A DNA stretch of 64,000 bases, taken from contig OY762070.1 in NCBI GenBank assembly GCA_963665195.1, forward strand, positions 4,977,809-5,041,808, in the 5' to 3' direction. The stretch is from Pseudomonadales bacterium. Its GTDB lineage: Bacteria > Pseudomonadota > Gammaproteobacteria > Pseudomonadales > Azotimanducaceae. Below are positions 59,201-64,000 of the stretch, piece by piece. Made by a program: the position numbers and the translations under genes. Below the pieces are notes generated by a model. That model was not told where the DNA came from. It did not search any database and saw only the letters and a program-made list of their open reading frames with translations. Each line of letters begins with the position of its first letter. Within the stretch, counting starts at the first letter, position 1.

Positions 59201-60454
59201 GAGCGTATTGGTGGTGTAGGGCTCGCGCAGCGTCGCAGGGTCGGGGGCGACGCCGAGGCTGTTGTGGCCGGCGCCGAAGTCGTTGTTGCAGCCCGGGTCC
59301 TCAAGGTGCAGGGTGCGGAAGGAGCCGGAGTTGTCCGTGAAGTCGCGCGGATACTGCGGGTAGTTCCAGCTCGACGACCAAGGGGTGCCGTAGGGAATCA
59401 GCTGTCCGCTCTTGTCGAGCAGGCTCGGCCGGTTCTCCTCGTTCAGCATGTTGATGTTGTTGTAGACCTCGTGGATGTCCGCGCCCAATGCGGTGGAGTG
59501 CTGGGCGTTGGCGTTGTACCAGAACGGGTTGGTCTCGGCGGGCAGGTAGAGCTCGCCGTCGGTATTGCGCAGCGGCACCCGCCAGTCGCCCGGCAGGCCG
59601 TTGCCGCGCTCGCCGTAGGTGGGCAGGAGCTGGCCGGTCCAGCCGGCGGAGTTGATGATGTAGTCCGGCCTCGACGTGAACGGCATGCTGTCCGCATCGC
59701 TGATCTCCAGCGCGAAGATGGCGCTGGTGCGATCGGACTGGGCGCCGGCGAGCAGGCTCAGCGTCTTGTAGGGCGAGCCGTTTTCCAGCGGCTGCTGGAA
59801 TTCGTAGTTGATCATCAGGCCGTCGAAGTTCTTGCGCGGCACGATGTTCACCACGCCGGACACCGCTTCCGCGCCGTACAGGGCGGAGGCACCGTCGAGG
59901 ATGTTGTCGATCCGCGCGACGGCGATGGTGGGGTAGAGGTTGGTGAGGTCCGCCCCGGCGCGGCGCGTATTGGCGCCGTAGCCGTTGACGTTGGTGGGCA
60001 CGCGGTGGCCGTCCATCAGCGTCATGGTGGCGCGGGTGCCGACGCCGCGCAGGTTGGCGTAGGTCTCGCCGCCCTGCGGGCCGTCCGGGCGGTTGACGCT
60101 CTGGTTCCAGCCTTCGCCGGTGCCCTGATCGTCGGCGCCGCCGATCTCGGAGGTATTGGTGTTGGCGTTGACGCCGATCTGGTAGGTCTGATCGAAGATC
60201 ACGTCGCCGAGGTCCGGCGTACCGGACAGCTGCAGGTCCAGTTCGCCGATCACGTCCATCGGCGACGGCAGGTCGAAGTTGTCGCGCCGGATATGCGATC
60301 CGGTGACGATCATCTCCTCGACGCTGCCCTGGCGCTCTTCGGCGTCCTCTTCCTCTTCTTCATCCTCGTCGTCCGCTTCGGCGGCGACCAGGGTGTTCGA
60401 CAGGGCCAGCGCGAAGCAGGCGGTCGTCGCGAGCAGGATTCGTCGGAACGGCAT
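56207..60454 (-). CDS. very large TonB-dependent outer-membrane receptor (about 1,415 aa)
   Basis: Signal peptide, plug motifs (MIVTGS, DGHRV, GASALYGAEAVSGVVNIV), and C-terminal beta-barrel ending LRMTVGF. Start at MPFRRILL (an upstream ATG is at 60490). Confidence 0.88.
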   Translation of the reverse strand: MPFRRILLATTACFALALSNTLVAAEADDEDEEEEEDAEERQGSVEEMIVTGSHIRRDNFDLPSPMDVIGELDLQLSGTPDLGDVIFDQTYQIGVNANTNTSEIGGADDQGTGEGWNQSVNRPDGPQGGETYANLRGVGTRATMTLMDGHRVPTNVNGYGANTRRAGADLTNLYPTIAVARIDNILDGASALYGAEAVSGVVNIVPRKNFDGLMINYEFQQPLENGSPYKTLSLLAGAQSDRTSAIFALEISDADSMPFTSRPDYIINSAGWTGQLLPTYGERGNGLPGDWRVPLRNTDGELYLPAETNPFWYNANAQHSTALGADIHEVYNNINMLNEENRPSLLDKSGQLIPYGTPWSSSWNYPQYPRDFTDNSGSFRTLHLEDPGCNNDFGAGHNSLGVAPDPATLREPYTTNTLGQNDTVHNGNFLNGFSTGTWRGQETRSRGTETNQAFGSDCRYTITDITDIRERRDQEQGMAYFEHEFNDYVTVRGEAVFSRLDYSTRTFAPSIDEWPNGVRRYDHTQPIAIGSLPGNPYRAYADDSNVCDVPEVAASIAACADYVPAHVRDDLDEAAAREWGYQFGGPILVSHGTLDWEDVDGDGRYDYLQEPGEWLVFAQDLNGDGLPDRDFNGDGIADEAELDDRSGQLNPLHRVILLSMTEDSDGDGVPDRFDPDMDGIDSDGDGVLDTFTSGGIRLFDDVLMGDSGVGIHGYIGAFPKQPYVHESYPWLNKDMSLNDRRLSENVRLRLGTTLSIPDTEWLVDADWIWNNSRREWVSLDPAWPLTVSSLRCQGGPNGDSCWNPFSTAWLSQDPATGLVLPAQHQSWRSKDDPAWNTSTETRNAGLSPRHVQRDVGMVILDLSISNSQLFNLWYNDTPVGVAIGVHTRTEDEEFRPDQLGAAGISSDRVDFQGTSEDVRAAFVEFRVTPISSETFGQMEIQAAARYTEFDINASFASIGQSAGFEVTIPKLAIRYQPTDWLAVRSSITEGFVPPGSYQLFASAPGDVTFETQSDYICDAMPELGMCAGSLGQSGGIPGVAVSENSSNRGLGAEVSDLWNAGFSLLLFGGDFVFDADYTNVVFNGRVERMGAGVILGQNAGPFQTYALQQCPGTLIDYDNVDELNMSVDVFLAQTSASELQCREAAARSYIAGQERGLGGATIERDASGRLTAVNEGWLNQGESRVRSVVYNMRYRFDASDVPMIELDPDLGSFEFRVSATQILEMSLQRYAPGSGHQFAGLRVDGLGNRNSAAFWRPYNALFSPLPPTPKWRVNASLRWFRDNHTLHFGVRYHQAITDLIASWDEIVARYGPPHSDGNPYLSHDHGMDTTSWTENDACTDQDRNPYCRIESRAYWDVSYTYRQPDVLGFGYLAANVAIRNVFNSNPNAFPSGVGYESYLDSIMGRQLYLRMTVGF

Positions 60455-60572
60455 AGGCCTCTCCTGGTGTTTTGGATGTGTACGAGACATGCAGGGCGGC
60501 TGGCGCCCATCGCAAGACTCCCCTTCAACCGCGCATTAAGGCGGTTCGGCCGGGGCATGTCAAGCCGAGTTG

Positions 60573-61202
60573 TTACGTCTTTGTTGCAGTCGGCGGCGTA
60601 TGGGCGAAGGCGCGGTCCAAAGCGAGGCGGAGCTCGGCTTCGCAGCCGCCGAAGAAGTGGTCGGCGCCGTGTACGGCGATCAGTTTCGAGCCGGGCTGCG
60701 CGGCAAGCCAGGGATGCAGCGCGCCCATGTCCAGGAAGCTGTCCTGGGCGCCCGCGACCACGGCGGCCGTTGCACCGTCCATATGGCCGTACTCCATCGC
60801 GCCGATGGGCGGGGCGATCAGCACCGCGGAGCGCGCGCCGTGGAGGCGTTCGAGGGCCCGCCAGGCGACGGCTGAACCGAACGAGTAGCCGACCAGGACG
60901 ACGTCCTCTGCTCCGTGCGCTTCGCCGAGCCAGCGGGCGACGGCGAGCACATCGTCCACCTCGCCGATGCCGCGGTCGTGTTCGCCGTCGCTGCGCCCCA
61001 CGCCGCGGAAGTTGAACAGCAATGCGCCGCCGCCGGTGGCTTGAAAGCGCTCTCGGGCGATGTCGAGCACGGCGTCGTCCATGCTGCCGCCGTACCGCGG
61101 ATGCGGGTGGCAGAGGATGGCGACCGGGCGCGCCGGGTCGGCGGGCAGCGCCACGCGGGCCTCCAAGAGGCCCGCCGGGCCGGGAATCATCGTCGTGTCC
61201 AT
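60573..61202 (-). CDS. alpha/beta hydrolase
   Basis: 209 aa. HPHP..GG and nucleophile elbow GYSFG. Confidence 0.83.
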   Translation of the reverse strand: MDTTMIPGPAGLLEARVALPADPARPVAILCHPHPRYGGSMDDAVLDIARERFQATGGGALLFNFRGVGRSDGEHDRGIGEVDDVLAVARWLGEAHGAEDVVLVGYSFGSAVAWRALERLHGARSAVLIAPPIGAMEYGHMDGATAAVVAGAQDSFLDMGALHPWLAAQPGSKLIAVHGADHFFGGCEAELRLALDRAFAHTPPTATKT

Positions 61203-61337
61203 CGGTCGAAAAGGCGTGTTGTCCGGGGTAGAAAGTCGACAGTCGGCTTTGTATCTTACCGCCGCCCCGAGCGCCCGGCGGCGCGGACGGGAGTCGTCCC
61301 TGGGACAACGGCCAACGTGTGCATTGAGGAGGAGAGC

Positions 61338-62255
61338 GTGATCGAGGCCGAGGAACTGACGCGCCGGTACGGCGAGAATCTGGCGGTGGATGGGGTGAGC
61401 TTCTCCATCGGCGGCGGCGAGGTGGTTGGCCTCCTAGGGCACAACGGCGCCGGCAAGACGACCATCATGAAGATGCTGACGGGCTATCTTGAACCGAGCG
61501 CCGGTCGCGCTCGGGTGGACGGGCTGGATGTGGCGGACGCGCCGGAGGAGGTGCGCGCCCGGCTCGGCTACCTGCCGGAGAACTGCCCGGTGTACCCGGA
61601 GATGACGGTCGTCGAATATCTCGACTACGTCGCCGGGCTGCGCCGCGTGCCGCAGCGGGCGGATGCGCTGCGCGAAGTGCTGGACGCGACGGACCTGCGC
61701 GGCCGCGCCTTCGATGCCATCGGCACCCTGTCGCGCGGCTTCCAGCAGCGAGTGGGCGTCGCGCAGGCCATCCTGCATCGGCCGCAGGTGCTGATCCTCG
61801 ACGAGCCCACCAACGGCCTCGATCCGTCCCAGACCCAGCACATGCGCGACCTCATCCGCGGGCTCGCGGAACGCGCCACCGTGATCCTCTCCACCCACAT
61901 CATGCAGGAGGTGGACGCGGTCTGCGATCGGGTGATGATCCTGCGCGCCGGACAGCTGGCCCTCGACGAGCGGCTCGATGCGCTCAAACAGAGCGCTCGG
62001 GTGGTGCTGGCGACGGACGCTCTGCGCGCGGATGTGCAGCGGGCGGTCGGCGAGCTGGCGACCGTCGAAGGCAACGGCGACGGCTACGCGCTCGCCATGA
62101 GCGGCGACGCCGATGCCGAAGGCCGAGCGGAACTGGCGCGCCGGCTGGTGGCCGAGGGCGTCGCCATCCATTCGCTGGCGACGGAGAAGCGGGACCTCGA
62201 GACCGTGTTCCGGGAAGTCAGCGAGGGCTCGCCGGCAGCCGGGGAGAGTGCGTGA
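61338..62255 (+). CDS. ABC transporter ATP-binding protein (ABC-2/GldA-like)
   Basis: GTG preceded by GAGGAGGAG. Walker A GHNGAGKTT, signature LSRGFQQR, Walker B LILDEPT. Confidence 0.92.
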   Translation: MIEAEELTRRYGENLAVDGVSFSIGGGEVVGLLGHNGAGKTTIMKMLTGYLEPSAGRARVDGLDVADAPEEVRARLGYLPENCPVYPEMTVVEYLDYVAGLRRVPQRADALREVLDATDLRGRAFDAIGTLSRGFQQRVGVAQAILHRPQVLILDEPTNGLDPSQTQHMRDLIRGLAERATVILSTHIMQEVDAVCDRVMILRAGQLALDERLDALKQSARVVLATDALRADVQRAVGELATVEGNGDGYALAMSGDADAEGRAELARRLVAEGVAIHSLATEKRDLETVFREVSEGSPAAGESA

Positions 62256-64000
62256 TGAACATCGGCATGGCTCTGCGCATCGCCCGCAAGGAACTCGGCC
62301 TCTTCTTCTCCTCGCCCATCGCCTACCTGTTCCTGGCCGCTTTCCTCGGCGCGACCCTGTTCGTCTTCTTCTGGGGCGAGGCGTTCTTCGCCCGCAACAT
62401 CTCCGACGTGCGGCCGATGTTCGAGTCGCTGCCGGTGCTGCTGATCTTCCTCGCCTCGGCGCTCACCATGCGCATGTGGAGCGACGAACGGCGCACCGGA
62501 ACGCTGGAGCTCGTGGTCACCGTGCCGGCGACCAGCGCCGACTTCGTGGTTGGCAAGTTGCTCGCCTGCTGGACGCTGCTCGTGGTGGCGCTCGCGCTCA
62601 CCCTGCCGCTGCCCATCACCGTGGCCATGCTGGGGGACCTCGATTGGGGCCCGGTATTCGCCGGCTACGTGGCGGCGGCGGCGCTCGGCGCGGCCTACCT
62701 CAGCATCGGCCTCTTCGTCAGCGCCAAGACCGAGAACCAGATCGTCAGCCTCATCCTCGCGGCCTTCGGCTGCGGCGTCTTCTTCCTCGCCGGCAGTCCG
62801 CTGCTCACGGACCTGGTAAGCAACCAGATCGCCGACGTGCTGCGCCAGCTCGGCGCCGGATCGCGCTTCGAGGCCATCACCCGGGGCGTTCTGGACCTGC
62901 GCGACCTCTACTTCTACGTCTCCGTGCTGGCGGTCTTCCTGGCCCTCAATGTCTATGCCGTCGACGCCCATGGCTGGGCGACGGACGGGGACCGCAGACG
63001 CCACGGCGAGCGGCGCATCGTCCTCGGCCTCTTGGCGGCGAACTTCCTGGTGGCGAATCTGTGGCTCTCGGCGGTGAATGCGCTGCGCTGGGACATGACC
63101 GAAGGCGATCAGTACTCGATCTCGGACGCGACCCGCGCCTACTTGCGGGAACTGCGCGAGCCACTGCTCGTGCGCGGCTACTTCAGTGCCAAGACGCACC
63201 CGCTGCTGGCGCCGCTGGTGCCGCAGATCAAGAACCTGCTGACGGAGTACGAAGTGGCTGGCGACGGGCGCGTGCGCTTGGAGCTGATCGACCCGGCGGA
63301 CGATCCCGAACTCGAAGACGAGGCCAATACCAAGTACGGCATCCGCCCGGTGCCCTTCCAGGTGCGGGACCGCTATCAGGCGGCGCTGGTGAACTCGTAC
63401 TTCGACGTGCTGGTGCAGTACGCCGACGAGTACGAGGTGCTGGGCTTTCGCGATCTCATCGAGGTGAAGGTGCAGGGCGAGGCCGACCTCGAGGTGGCGC
63501 TCAAGAATCCCGAATACGACATCACCCGTGGCATCAAGAAAGTGCTTTACGGCTTCCAGGGCGGCGGCAGCGTCTTCGACAGTCTGGCGACGGACGTGGC
63601 CTTCACCGGCTACATCTCCGCCGACGAGCGTCTGCCGGCGGCGCTGGTGGAACTGCGCCCCGAACTCGATGCGGTGCTCGAAGAACTGGTCGCCGAGTCC
63701 GGCGGGCGGCTGACGACCGATGTCGTGGACCCCGACGCCGGCGACGGCAGCGTCGCCATGCAGATCGCCGCCGACTACGGCTTCCAGCCCATGGCCGCGA
63801 GCCTGTTCGATCTCAACACGTTCTACTTCTACCTGACGCTGTCGGATGGCGAGACGGTGGTGCAGATGCCCATTCCCGAGTCCCTGGACCGGGACGGCCT
63901 GAAGCGCGGCATCGAGGAAGGGCTCAAGCGCTTCGCTGCGGGGCTGCTGAAGACGGTGGCGGTGTCCGCGCCGCAGGGCCTGCCGCCGTACATGCAGCAG
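62255..64000 (+). CDS. fused ABC-2 permease (GldF-like) and GldG-like domain protein, 3' end beyond the window
   Basis: I translated 582 codons by hand from ATG 62255 without meeting a stop. An N-terminal six-TM ABC-2 permease is followed by another TM and a GldG-type region (LVRGYFS, YEVAGDGRVRLELIDP). Absent from the ORF track because it has no in-window stop. Confidence 0.85.
   Translation, partial: MNIGMALRIARKELGLFFSSPIAYLFLAAFLGATLFVFFWGEAFFARNISDVRPMFESLPVLLIFLASALTMRMWSDERRTGTLELVVTVPATSADFVVGKLLACWTLLVVALALTLPLPITVAMLGDLDWGPVFAGYVAAAALGAAYLSIGLFVSAKTENQIVSLILAAFGCGVFFLAGSPLLTDLVSNQIADVLRQLGAGSRFEAITRGVLDLRDLYFYVSVLAVFLALNVYAVDAHGWATDGDRRRHGERRIVLGLLAANFLVANLWLSAVNALRWDMTEGDQYSISDATRAYLRELREPLLVRGYFSAKTHPLLAPLVPQIKNLLTEYEVAGDGRVRLELIDPADDPELEDEANTKYGIRPVPFQVRDRYQAALVNSYFDVLVQYADEYEVLGFRDLIEVKVQGEADLEVALKNPEYDITRGIKKVLYGFQGGGSVFDSLATDVAFTGYISADERLPAALVELRPELDAVLEELVAESGGRLTTDVVDPDAGDGSVAMQIAADYGFQPMAASLFDLNTFYFYLTLSDGETVVQMPIPESLDRDGLKRGIEEGLKRFAAGLLKTVAVSAPQGLPPYMQQ

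Noticed and set aside
1-64000. CRISPR arrays, rRNA genes, additional tRNAs, integrases
   Set aside because: I found no regularly spaced short repeats, no rRNA-like conserved blocks, and no second T-arm/acceptor pattern. No tyrosine or serine recombinase motifs appeared in any long ORF.

Overview
High-GC (roughly 65-70%) chromosomal window with gammaproteobacterial gene neighbourhoods: lptD-surA-rsmA-apaG-apaH-cca (no pdxA), divergent amgK-murU, rpe-gph-trpE, crcB-serS-cysG, ygfZ / sdhE-ygfX / nadB, and a potABCD-like ABC importer. Several accessory or rearranged segments interrupt this backbone. (1) A 4.2-kb lower-GC island (40948-45149) sits between two 1,235-bp direct repeats of the sdhE'-ygfX-nadB' region. 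It carries a tightly coupled minus-strand cassette of genes with no domains I recognise, and is my best candidate for an undescribed system. (2) A tRNA(CAU) gene is split in its anticodon loop by a 332-nt ORF-less group I (IC3-like) intron (36702-37110). (3) A second repeat-flanked segment (1052-5743) lies between two AKR-DM13 copies and holds an ISAzo13-family IS, a toxin-antitoxin remnant, and HAD and wHTH genes. (4) A 13-kb same-strand cluster of exported proteins (47462-60490) includes a 1,400-aa TonB-dependent receptor, a CRTAC1/ASPIC-UnbV protein, TPR, proline-repeat and PhoX/DUF839-like proteins (the last with a G10 tract in its signal peptide), and a two-CXXCH lipoprotein. Also present are a hipBA module fused to a PPIase-HupE operon, an Rpn-family nuclease with 24-bp tandem repeats, a frameshifted mmsA, and REP-like hairpins. 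I found no rRNA gene or CRISPR array. Coordinates come from manual reading checked against the ORF-track frames. Functional calls rest on remembered family motifs, not on searches.
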